DNA of 63,276 bases, filler included, from Dimargaris cristalligena (taxonomy: Eukaryota), in the NCBI GenBank assembly GCA_003614675.1. It is 10 parts of 10 records of this genome, joined end to end, with 100 filler letters (N's around TTAATTAATTAA, not from the genome) between each part and the next. Parts side by side here need not be neighbours in the genome. Positions count along the whole stretch, not along the records: positions 38,190 to 44,413 come from ML003544.1; positions 44,514 to 50,711 come from ML003545.1; 8 more parts are not named here. One strand, given 5' to 3'. Under the pieces are notes generated by a model that searched no databases, had not been told where the DNA came from, and saw only the letters and a program-made list of their open reading frames with translations. A program made the position numbers and the translations under genes. This document shows positions 38,594 to 50,500 of this stretch, one piece after another. Within the stretch, counting starts at the first letter, position 1. Each line of letters starts with the position of its first letter.

Positions 38594-39363
38594 TTTCGTT
38601 AATGTAACTGGAGTCCCCCATAGCACCAGCCATTCCCGAAACCTTTCTTTTAATATTGTCTTTGGTAGGTTTTTACTTACAATCCCCATCTATCTCTATA
38701 TCTAAGTATCTACATATATCTCTGTATTCACAATTTTATATCGACATTAGTTCAAATTTATTCCCCTTTGGCCTTTCTATACTTTACTATTCCTAGCACA
38801 CGATGCATCATTTCGCGCTAAATTATCTATCAATAAAACCCGTTATTTCGCGAATCATTTTGTAGGATATGGTAGAGGTCGAGGTCCAGGTATAGCCGAA
38901 GCAGAGTCGTGGTTGCCCCATTGCGACCACAACTGTCACTGTTCGTATTCAGGTTAATATTATACGTCCAAAGTGCTAGTGGCCTTATTCAGGGCTATTC
39001 TGGTACAAATAGCTAAACCTTGTCATTTTTAATGTTCTCCTTTTGCAGTTTTTTTGCCCCGCCCCTCTATCATTGAGTAATATCAGTCAATGAAAAATAG
39101 ACTATCACGATATCGCCCATATTGCTCTTCGTATATAATTGGTTGATTTTTTTTCTTGAAGGGCAGAATATTCTGGGCTGAGCAAAGTCGGATACCCTGA
39201 AATGACGCATTTATGTTGCCCACCTCAAGCCAATTCAAGAAGTTGTCTTTTTAAGCGCAACCAACTCGTCACCATTTAATATTTTTTAGACTACCTATGC
39301 CGCCCCCTTCCCATTTGTACTATAGACTCTGTAGATCTTTATCATTCGCATTGCCCAACCACC

Positions 39364-40711
39364 ATGACCCGCGATGACCTAACTCTGCCGATTGACATTG
39401 ACGATTCGCCGGTCCCTTCCACCGTTTCCCTTCTGACGTCGGCCTTAGCGGTGCTTGAAAACCAGCTGCAGCGAGCGCAGTTTGACCTGGCCCAATTGCG
39501 GCAGGCCAAAGAGGACGCCCTCCTGAACCCTTTGGAATTTGTGGAGCAGCTTAAATCGAAGCGACTGGCCCCTTTGCCTGGCCTTCAGCGGATAATTCGG
39601 GCGCCCGACATTGACTGGGCCTACCTTGCCCAGCCGTCCGCGGACCTGCGGGGCAGCCCTCCCCTGGTGTACCGTAGTAGTCGGGGGAACCGGGGGGTAT
39701 TTCAAAATCCGCGGTTCCCGGACGCCGGGACCCTACTACCACCCCCGGACGACCCAGAAACGCCGCTGCCATCCCCCCGCCCGATGCTTCCACAACCGCC
39801 CTTCCCCAGTGTAGCCCTCGCGCGCTCGCAATCCTACCCCACCCCCACCGTCGAACGAACGCCCTCCCTACCTCTCCCACCCGTCCGGACCACCAGCTCC
39901 CAGCGTAAACCACCCGCTGCGGTGAAAGCGGACAACCGCGTCACCAAAAAACGGAAACGAGCGCCGCCTAAATATCTGGTGGATGACGATTTGGACTTTG
40001 ATAACGAAGACTTCTACCCCAGCCGATCCCGTACCAGCACGCCGTCTCGGAGCCGCAACTCCCGACCGAGTAAGGCCAAATCGCAGACCGAATCGGGTCG
40101 GTCGGTCGGCCCGTCGGGGTCGGTGCGTACATCGGGCTACCTTTATAACGTACCGCTGGCGTCCACCCAGGCGCTGGTTATGTCGGATGATGACAATACT
40201 ATTCCGGGTATTGAACCCCCTCCTCCTCTTTCGGCATCCACGGCGAATGGGGAATCAAAGTGGCGGTGTGCCCAATGCCGGAGGACTGCAGATGAAAACC
40301 AACGTTGGCTCTGCTTGGACTGTCCAGCCGACGATAATATTCAAGTATGCGATGCCTGTCGGGTAGGATCCGCGCGCCCCTCCAACATTTGCGGTAAGTC
40401 TCTTTGGGATTGACTATATTACCTTAATTAAGGCGGTGTAGGATTAAAGTCTGAATATGCGATATTCTATTCAATCCTCCTTATTACAAGTTTTAATGCA
40501 TCCCTGATTAACACGAGTCGCCCTGCTCATTTGATATACCACTTAACTAACCACGTTTTCCATATTGTCTGTTATTACCTGCCACCATTAACCAGGCCGC
40601 CATCTTGTCTCCCATCGCCTACGTCCCTTGGGCCGTAGCTCGGCCAGCCAGCCAGCTTACTACCATGATCAGGACTATGCCCAAAGTACTGATCGCGATT
40701 TCGGCTATTAA
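39364..40711 (+). CDS. ZZZ3-like ZZ-type zinc-finger protein; exons 39364-40393 and 40596-40711 (381 aa)
   Basis: N-terminal AVLE.Q...A..DL..L....EDAL.NP.EFVE.L....LP..QR....P.I.W matches the conserved ZZZ3 block. ZZ finger C..C...RW.C.DCP....C..C. Removing a GTAAGT...CCAG intron (40394-40595) adds in frame the H...H ligands and a D.DY tail. Confidence 0.8.
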
Positions 40712-41039
40712 GGATTGATATGGCTTGACCTTTTTGTCGCCTTATACGTCTGACCTACCGGTAGCTTGTATTTGCCAAGTGTTTGATTTTTAACCGAGGG
40801 TCGCTGTAATGACTATGCAAGAGCGAGTTTACCTTAGTTTGGCCTCGTTTAATTGTAATTACCAATCCTATATTGATAAACCACCGATCTTCCATTTAAT
40901 TATATTGGCTGAAGCATAGGATCACGTAACATCTAGCCAAAATGGAGTTGCCAAATTGGATATTTAGTCTAAACCACAACTATGCCCTTTATTTTAGGGA
41001 TGCCAGTGGGACTGGGCAGTCATATCATACCATCTAACC

Positions 41040-41183
41040 ATATGGGTGAAATTCGGCCCAGCTATATAAGGGCTTACATTATACGTGTATGGGAAAATAG
41101 ATGGGAAATGTATTTTTAACTAGCAATAGTGGCCGAATCTAATGGATTTTTCGTTATACAGCTTGGATGAACTTCTCCCATAT
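41040..41183. mobile_element. ~144-bp fold-back element, copy with best-preserved inverted ends
   Basis: ATATGGGTGAAATTCGGCCCAGCTATATAA at the left end versus TTATACAGCTTGGATGAACTTCTCCCATAT at the right end (~30-bp imperfect inverted repeat). Confidence 0.75.
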
Positions 41184-41299
41184 ACAGCAGCGTTTGGTTT
41201 CACTTTTATTATTAATCCAGAACATGGGAATTAACCGGGGGATTTATTGAGCGCTATAGAGCTAGTAATACCCCTCCCCCTCCGCAAAACCCCCCATCT

Positions 41300-44093
41300 C
41301 TAGATAGCAGGAGGAGTTATGGTGCGGAGCCGGCGGATTAGGGCATCTGGGCGGTAGGGAAGCATTTCTTCGCAACCAGCCAAGATCTCCAACCGGTCCG
41401 CCAATTCGTGGAGGACATGGGCGATTCGATGAGGTAGAAGCCCGGCCATGGGGTCAGTTGTTATAATACGATCAATGCCATTACGCCAGGTTGTATGGCA
41501 ATAGACTCGCGTGTATCTCAGCAGAAAAATGAGAAACATTTCTTTGGTTTCGGGGGCAATGAGGTAGTCCACCAGTATCGTACAGTCCTTGCCGATGGCG
41601 TCTAGAAACAACCCAAAGGCCCGGTGGGTTTCCGCTTCCCAGAGTTGCTGATCCAATAAATGTGGCCCATTAGTATATTGGCCAGGATCCTGGGTCGCCA
41701 AGTCCACTAGTTGGCCCAGGTATATAACGATATCCGTATCATCATCATTCCAAAGTTGCCATAGGGACACAAATAAGTCACCCCTGTGGATTAAATCTAC
41801 AGTTTCGATCAACACGTTCCCCAATATGGAGTATACGCGACGACCGATAAATTACAGTATATACGAACTATGGATAGTTAATAGCAGGCATCCATCAGGG
41901 GCAGGAGTAGGGCAGAGATTAACGTGATTGGCTTCTTAACCCCAAGATTTTCCAGTTTGGGCTTAGGCCTATCTAGACTAAGCATGAATGGTTGACTAAC
42001 CTTGGTACTTGGATAGCAACAGGTTTATGCGATTAAGCCATAGAGACGCGTCGGGATATTCCACCGGACTCTGGCCACGGCTGTTGCTGTGACCAAGGCC
42101 GGTAGTGTATTGGGATTTGATGACGACGAATGCGACTGCCGAAATCCCCTTCCATACTTGTCGACAGTTTAGTGGGGGCGACCGAAATAAACCCTTATTA
42201 GGTGGCACTGCGCTGACAAAGTCCATGTTGGCTAGGTTGCTACAACAATCGTCCGACCAATCGATTAATGATTCTTCGGCCCGATTAAAGCATTCAATCA
42301 GCCAATCTATGGTGTAGTTCATCTGTGGGACATTTGGGTAATTTATGCCACCAGAAACATATGTGCATAAGTATAATCACCAGTAGTATGTAAGATAAAC
42401 TAGAAAACGGGCTAATTGGGAACAAGGCCGGATCAGGACTACCCTAGGGTGTTCGGAAATCGTTGATATGGCGTCATTTAAATTAGAGGCGGCAACTTAC
42501 AATTGGATAGGTGGGTTGATATTGAAGTGCGGATTCGAGAAGTTTAGTCCACTTGACCAAACCCATGGCACTGGTGTGGGTTATAATATAGACGTGCGGT
42601 ACCTGGGGCAGTATAGAATCAAGTTAAGAAATATAGCGTTAAACAGAAATCTAAATGTAATAAGTCCAAATGTGCATTGGTACAGCCCAATGTGATAATA
42701 ACCAACCGGTACGGCAGCATAAATACTATCCCGGTTAATAAAACTACGCTAGTTACAAAAAATACTACTTACGGAAACAAGGATGGTCATAATATAATCT
42801 AACGTTTGGTCCCCAACCACTCGCTGATCCCCCTCGTATAGCTGGTCCCGGCGTAGCTTAAAAATACTTCTCCATAGGCGAATTATGGCCGAGAAAACGA
42901 GTTCGTTAAATTCCTGGTCGGTAATAATTAGGGTACAGTGACGTATTCAAATATAAATGGCATTAATACGCGATTGAAATTGGCATTGCAACAGATAAAC
43001 CCTTAATGTCCTTTGGAGATATCATACACGAGGTATAGTATTGACCTACCCCTACTTTAAAAAGACATTTCCATTGATTTAGACGGACGCTTAGAATTGA
43101 CTGGAAGACTCCAAGAAATATAGACGACCCCAACCGTTGAGAGGGGTCGGGGAAGTGGGCCTGGCGCCCTTTCTTAATTACAGAATGAACCACGGTGAGA
43201 CTCGAGTCCAATAACAAGGGATTAGTTGGAAACGAGTGAAGCTGTTCGCTCCACAGGGATAGAATATGGTTCCAGAGATACCGAGCCTCAGTGGGGACGG
43301 GTGCTTGGGGCAGCTGAGACGGCCGGCTAAAAAACACCTGTAATAATAACAATGCACGTTAGTATAATAAAAGTGGGGCGGTAAAGGCAGGGAAATACAT
43401 ACGTTTTAGTAAGTACTAACCATGTCTTCAAACAGAAAACCATAAACGTATTAGGCGAGCGAGCGCCAGATACGTTGGTGCAATACAACTAAAAGCGACC
43501 ACTAGGTGGTAAAATGGCCATGAAATTACACCACTTACCTGATCCAGCAATAGTATGTAAATCTTGCGTACAAGGAATCGTACATGGTGGCTTGGCCAAC
43601 CTAGTAACGGCGCCTAAAGGAATGTTCGGGTTCAAGAAGTCATACACTACTTTTTGTTGAGACTATTCACACGTAAAAGAAGAAGCATTGATTATGTGAG
43701 TGGCTAAAGTGGGCCTAGCGCCATGTATGAATGAATGGAAAACAAGTCTTACCAATTGTTTATAACTGAATAACGCCCGGGGACACCATACATGTATTTC
43801 TGCGTAAGGTAGCGAGAATAGCTCGCATATTTGAGAGTAATAGCTGGATAATAACGACACGAGCTCAATGGACTCGGCCTCTGTCTAAGTTTTAAGTAGT
43901 GGTATTTTCATAAGGGCTGCCCAAACCATTAGTGACTAACCAAAACTTCATGCAGACTCGGAAAACGAATTTTGCACGGTTTCGCGGGCTGTGGTTGGGC
44001 AAGTGAATGGGAAATTAGGACTTTGGGTGGGATTCGGTTCCGTACCTTTGGGAGCTCAATGAGCCCATCGACGACTGAACCCCAGTCAGACAT
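41300..44093 (-). CDS. LINS1: Protein Lines homolog (Lines_N/Lines_C), multi-exon; internal exon borders only partly resolved
   Basis: The last exon has FLDAIGKD..ILVDYLI..ET...FL.FLLRY and LPY.P.ALIRRL, typical of Lines. ATG at 44093 joins in frame to the 43663-43860 ORF through GT-AG introns 43989-44045 and 43885-43940. Confidence 0.78.
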
Positions 44094-44513
44094 GGGTTGC
44101 GAATAGCAAATGGACCACTAGTCAAAAAGTCAATATAGTAAAAAACGGCGAACAGGACTGCAAGCCCATGTAAATTCCTGACATGTACTCAGTGTAGGCG
44201 GTCAGAGGAATCTGCTTTCCGAATGGACTGGGTAGTGGCAGTCGACTTAAACCGGGGGATCCACCTTCAGCCGCAATCAGATTAAATAAACCAACTTCAT
44301 GAAGGACGTAAACGCCACCCCCACCATTTTGGCTCGGTATTCTTTAGAAATATATAATGGGGGGGGGGAAAGGTTAAACCAGGCCATGTAAAGACAAAAC
44401 CCACTTGACAAGGNNNNNNNNNNNNNNNNNNNNNNNNNNNNNNNNNNNNNNNNNNNNTTAATTAATTAANNNNNNNNNNNNNNNNNNNNNNNNNNNNNNN
44501 NNNNNNNNNNNNN

Positions 44514-47500
44514 TCACCGCTGGGTGTGTTGAGACAGCCACAGCTGGCTCCCTTGGTTGGTGACTTGATAATCGTTGTTGCCTCGGTAGTCGTCGCTTGA
44601 GTACCTGTTATCGATAATCAGGGTGTTCCCGCTGATTGAGCCAGCTGTGGCTTTCTCGGGTAGGCAATTAATAATCCTGGCTGCACCGTTTACTTGGAAC
44701 CCTGCTTAATATCCTAGTCGAATCACATGGAGCCAGCTGTGGCTGTCTCAAGTACCTCATTTAAATTAGTGCTGCAGGTTGAATATGAGTTCAGGTCGCT
44801 TCGCTTACAACGCTCGTGACATGGAGCCGCCTATGGCCGTCTCGGGTTAACGGCTAATAATTAACGTTGAGACAGCCACAGCTGGCTCCCTACTATTTAA
44901 TCCTCGCTGCATCGTGAGACAGCCACAGCTGGCTCCCTTGGTGATGGGGTTGATCACGTTGATGAAGCGTTGCAGGTTTAACTGGTATATCATGGTTGCA
45001 CGGTTGACTATAAGCTCAGGGTGGCTCATCAACATAATTCTTGATGAGACAGCCACAGCTGGCTCCTTGTTGGTAACCATTTAAATCAATGCTGCGTTGT
45101 TGAATGAGCTCGATGTCGCTTCGCTTATTAAGTCCGATCGATGGAGCCGACTCTTGGCCGTCTCAGGTTGATGTTGATCCCGATGTTGAGGATGACGGTG
45201 GTGACGACGATGTTGTTGATAACGTTGAAGATGTTGGTGATCCTTGATGATGTCGCTCCGCTCACCAAGTCTAGCCTAGGGAGCCGACTTGTGGCCGTCT
45301 CAGGTAGATTAACAATTCTGGTTGAAGGTGATGATGAGGATGATGACGTCGCTCCGCTTACCACCACCGATTGATTATTAATTCATGCTGCACCGTTGGA
45401 TGAGCAAGAGGTCGCTTCGCTTAACATCACGATTACAAAGAGCCGACTCTTGGCCGTCTCGGGTTGAACCTAACCATCCTTGCTGCGGTTGATGATGACG
45501 ATGATCATAATGTTGACTGGTGATGACTGACCCATGATACCCGAGTCGCTCCGCTTACCACCACTGATTGATTAACAATTCAGGTTGCACCGTTGAATAT
45601 CGATTACTGTTGATTATGTTGGTGAGGGTGATGATGATCATGTTGCTCCTTGATGATGACATGTCGCTTCGCTCACCACTTGAACCTAGGGAGCCGCCTG
45701 TGGCCGTCTCGGGTCATTTACAATCATGGCTGCAGCGGTCTTAGTTAACCCTCTGCAAGGTCGCTTCGCTTAGTGAACCCGTCGATCCTTAGGTTGATGG
45801 TAGTGATGATGATTCCGCTGGCTAACCCGTTGATCGTGATGTCGCTTCGCTTACTGATTCCCGCTGGTTAGCCGCCTGTGGCCGTCTCAGGTAGGTTATT
45901 ATTAATCATGGTTGCAGGTTGGACCCTTGATGCACGAGGTCGCTTTGATTACTGAATCAATCGAGGGGAGCCGTCTCAAGTGGATGACCTAATGACTATC
46001 CTGCGGAATAAGAGCCGCCTGTGGGCGTCTCAGGTTGAATGATTAATCAGTGCTGCACTGTTGAACATAAACTTACTGGTGTTGAGACAGCCACAGCTGG
46101 CTCCTTTATCGGCGACTTTACTAGTCAATGCTTCACGGTTGTTGATGGCGATGATGCTTATGAATTAGGGTAGTGATTAATTAATCCACGATGCAAGGAG
46201 TCGCTCATTTAAATTCAGATTGCCCCGTTGAATTCAAAGTCGCTTCGCTTATCGATGACAATGAAGGTGACCCATGATGCACATGTTGACGGTGACGACG
46301 GTTCTTATCACGATGGCTATGTTGATGAGGGTCCCGCTGATGACTAATCTATGATGCAAGGTCGCTTCGCTCACTGATCTTGGTTACTAGGAGCCGCCTG
46401 TGGCCGTCTCATGTTGATTATTTAAATTGATGCTGCAGGTTGAATAACAAGGAGTCGCTATGCTCACCACTAGTTGTTGAGACAGCCACAGCTGGCTCCC
46501 TTGGTGATGGGGTTGATCACGTTGATGAAGCGTTGCAGGTTTAACTGGTATATCATGGTTGCACGGTTGACTATAAGCTCAGGGTGGCTCATCAACATAA
46601 TTCTTGTTGAGACAGCCACAGCTGGCTCATCTAGTTGAGTACTTATTCACCGCTGCTCGCTGATGAGGTCGCTACGCTTACTGATTACCTAGACTCCTGC
46701 GCACTCCGTTTGCTGACACCTTCAACATCCTAGCTGCACGGTGATCGATGATGCACAGGTCGCTTCGCTTACCTCCACTCCTTCACTCCTCACCCCCGAA
46801 GTCTCGGGGGATCGATCGCTCGTACGTTAACTCTTACAGATTGGTGCTGCACGGTTTCATGGATCATTCGCTGGGTCTAGGCCTGCACGAGGTCGCTTCG
46901 CTCGTAACATTCGTGAGGGGTAACTGGCTCCGCGTTGTGGGGTGGTTCGTGGGTGACTAACGACCTCCGGGTTTATGGCAACGTTACGGTCAGGCACGCT
47001 CCACCCCTCCGGCCCCCCCTTGAAGTTGCGGATTAGGTTCCTCCGATCGACTACCATCGATCTCCGGACCCTAACCTCAACGGGGGGCCTCCCGGGGTTG
47101 CGCTAACACCTGACCTTCACTTCCTCACCTCTGACTGACGCACCTTCGACTTGGGGTATGGTCCAGAAATGGCCCAAATGAGCTTATTTCAATTGAACAT
47201 CAAATGGGTCATTTATTGGGCCATTTCTGGACCTCCATAGACGATTGAATCCAGAAATGGCCCATTTCGATGATCGACCCCTGGACCCCTCGATTGGACT
47301 AAAGGGACCTGGAAATGACCTTCCCGAAGGGCGTGCGATTCGAGGGGACCCCGATTGATTCTGACTCTGAAATGGCTTAATCGCCGGAATGAATTGAACA
47401 TGAATTGGGACGAATTGCGCGAATGGATCAATGGGTGGCGGGTGACCCCCGGTTTTGGGTCACCGAATTGAATTGAGCGGAGATTGAAATAAGGTCATCT

Positions 47501-50500
47501 GGATCCTGGAGGTCGTTTTCACGATTAGAGAGGGCTCCGTATGATACATTTGACATTAATAGTAGTGGTTGCATGGGAGTTGGTAGGGTCATTCGGTTTC
47601 ATTATCACTAACAATTGTGGCTGCACTATTATTTTCAATCGGACGGATATCAGGTGAGGTGTACCGTTTATAGGTAGATCGTGGAGTGGGTCAGGATGAC
47701 GTGTTGGTAGGGTGACTCATTTACAGATCATGGCTGCATAGTTGATTCATCGAACCTCTTGTTTAAACATTACCGTGGACTTGGTCGAGGATTCGCCCTT
47801 GGTTTACTTAGAATGACCCTTATTCGTTATTCTGACGTCGTTATTTTTATCGGGTGGTCCCCAGTTGGTCATATTATTTATAGATCACCGCTGCAGGTTG
47901 TATGAGTACGATGTCGCTTCGCTTGCTAATCGTTATTAAAGGAGCCACCTTGTGGGTGTCTCAGGTGAATGATTAATCCCTGATGCAGGGCTTATTTGAA
48001 TTGATGCTGCACTGGTCTTGAACTCGAGGTCCTTCTTATCAATCGCCGCTGCAGTTTAAACATGAACGAGGGTGATTCTGTTGATGATGAGGGTGATGAC
48101 TGACTCAGGATTAACAGGTCGCTCCGCTTACTAAATTCGTTAGAGGGCGCCGCCTATGGCCGTCGCCGGCCTTGATAATCCTTGTTGAACTTGAGACAGC
48201 CATAGCTGGCTCACCTTGAACCCTTACTAATCCTGGTTGCAGGAGCCAGCTTGTTGCTGTCTCAGGTTGATTATAGATTATTGTTGATCGGTTGGGTGAC
48301 TCATGTTGCACTAGGTCGCTTAACATTACCGATCGGAAGGAGCCGCCTGTGGGCGTCTCGGGTGGAACTTAATCACGGCTGCACCGTTGGACTTCATGGT
48401 GATGACCCCGCTGGCTACCCTTCGACCCGTCCCACCTAATTTAAAGACCTTGGCTGACCGTCCTCACTTATAAGCCTAGAATGATATGACACCCTTACTC
48501 ATGATGATGTTGAGACAGCCACAGCTGGCTCCTCGTTTAACCCTGGACTTCATATCACGAGGCCCCTTTTAATTCTGGGCTAATCCTTGACTGTGGAGCC
48601 GCCTGTGGCCGTCTCGGGTAGATGATTAATAATTCAGGTTGCACTGATCCATGAACAAGATGTCGCTTCGCTTACCATCAAGGATTACAACTGACTGACT
48701 CCGCGTTTATGCTATCCCTACTTCGCTCCTCACCCTCGGGCCCCTACCCCAAAGATTCGATCGCTATCCGTTTACCTACTCTAGACTAACGCTGCACAGG
48801 TCGCTCCGCTCACCAATGACGGTCGAATGAGCCAGCTGTGGCTGTCTCAGGGTGCTTATTTAAATTGATGCTGCACATGTTGAGGGTGACGTTGCTGATC
48901 ACTGATCCATCATGCACAGGTCGCTTCGCTTACTATCACGAATGGAAGGAGCCGCCCATGGGCGTCTCAGGTTAATTATAAATTGATGCTGCACGGTTGG
49001 GTAACTGATGATGTTGATAATGACCGTGACGATTCTGTAGGATGTCGCTTAACGATGATGGAAGGAGCCACCTCGTGGGTGTCTCAGCTAGTCCATTATA
49101 GATTAAGGCTGTGGTTGAATGGGCACGATGTCGCTGCGCTTACTAATCGAGGTTGCAGGGAGCCAGCTTGTTGCTGTCTCATGTGGATGATTAATGATTC
49201 TTGTTGAGACAGCCACAGCTGGCTATTTTGATGATGATGTTGATGCTGTTTATGACGGTTCCGCTGGCTCCTCTTGCTACTAGTCACTCTTCGCTGCATT
49301 GTTGAGACAGCTAGTTGGCTCCCTGGTAATGTTTATGAGTCCCTACTGAAACTTAGTTAATCACCGCTGCATTGTTGATGGTGATGTCCTTGACGTCTAT
49401 TAACGAGTCCTTGAGCTCAATCGTCACGTTGGTTGAGGACCTGGTGACGTCGGTCGTGGTGATGAGCCAGATGTGACCGGCTTGGGTAGCAGGTCGCTTC
49501 GCTTACTATACTGAATGGATTGAGCCACCTCGTGGGTGTCTCGCAACCTGAACCCTGGTTGAATCCACGATTGAGCCAGCTGTGGCTGAATCCTGAAGTG
49601 ATTACCATGAAGGAGCCACCTTGTGGGTGTCTCGCAACTTGTTTACAGTCCGATGTTGAACTGGTGGATAACCCTGTTTATGAACGAGCTGCTAGGGTTG
49701 ATAGTCATGGTGGTCTACAGGTCCCTGCTGATCTTGATGACCTTTGGGTAGATCATAGCGTCCTTCCAGTCAATCGTAATGTCGTTGGGGTCGTTGGTGG
49801 TGTCCTTACTGACTGCACGATACGGCCATAGGCGGCTCCCTTGGCTAATACTATTAACCTCATCATTTAGTCCTTGAATGACCCTCACGACTGCCCCTCT
49901 TATAGACTACGGTTGCACGGTTGACTGAACTTGGAGTCGCTTCGCTTACTAACTGATAATGTAGGAGCCACCTCGTGGGTGGCTCATGTTAATTAATAAT
50001 CGAGACAGCCACAGCTGGCTCCTATTGGTTCAATCATGTAATCTTATCACGGTTATCCTGCTGCTTAATACTACACCGAATCATGTTGACCTCTTAGTCC
50101 TGACTGAACCATTTATTATTGAGCCGCCTATGGCCGTCTAAGCTAACACTTACAGATTAATGCTGCTTGAGACAGCCACAGCTGGCTCTCCCCCTAACCA
50201 TCTTCGTTGGACTTGTTGATGATGTTGATCATTGATCCATGGTGCACGTTGAGCCACCTCGTGGGTGTCTCAGGTGGATTATAAACTAGTGTTGCACGGT
50301 AGAATGTACTCAATGTCGCTTCGCTTGGTAACACCGTTGGAAGGAGCCGCCTGTGGCCGTCTCGGGTTGTAATAGAAATTAATGTTGCACCGTTGAACAT
50401 GAACCCAGTATCGCCCCCTTGTTACTCATTCATCATCCTAACTTGAGACAGCCACAGCTGGCTCCTTTCACTGAACATCATGAATCCTTGCTGCACCGTT

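Noticed and set aside
45281-45301. GAGCCG-starting hairpins as group II intron domain V
   Set aside because: Too short, and they lack the ~34-nt DV structure and the following domain VI.
44847-50400. Short ORFs in contig 8 (EPAVAVS, ETATSRL, VSGAT motifs)
   Set aside because: These are translations of the DNA boxes in varying frames and strands. Frequent TAA/TAG stops remain even if TGA is read as Trp.
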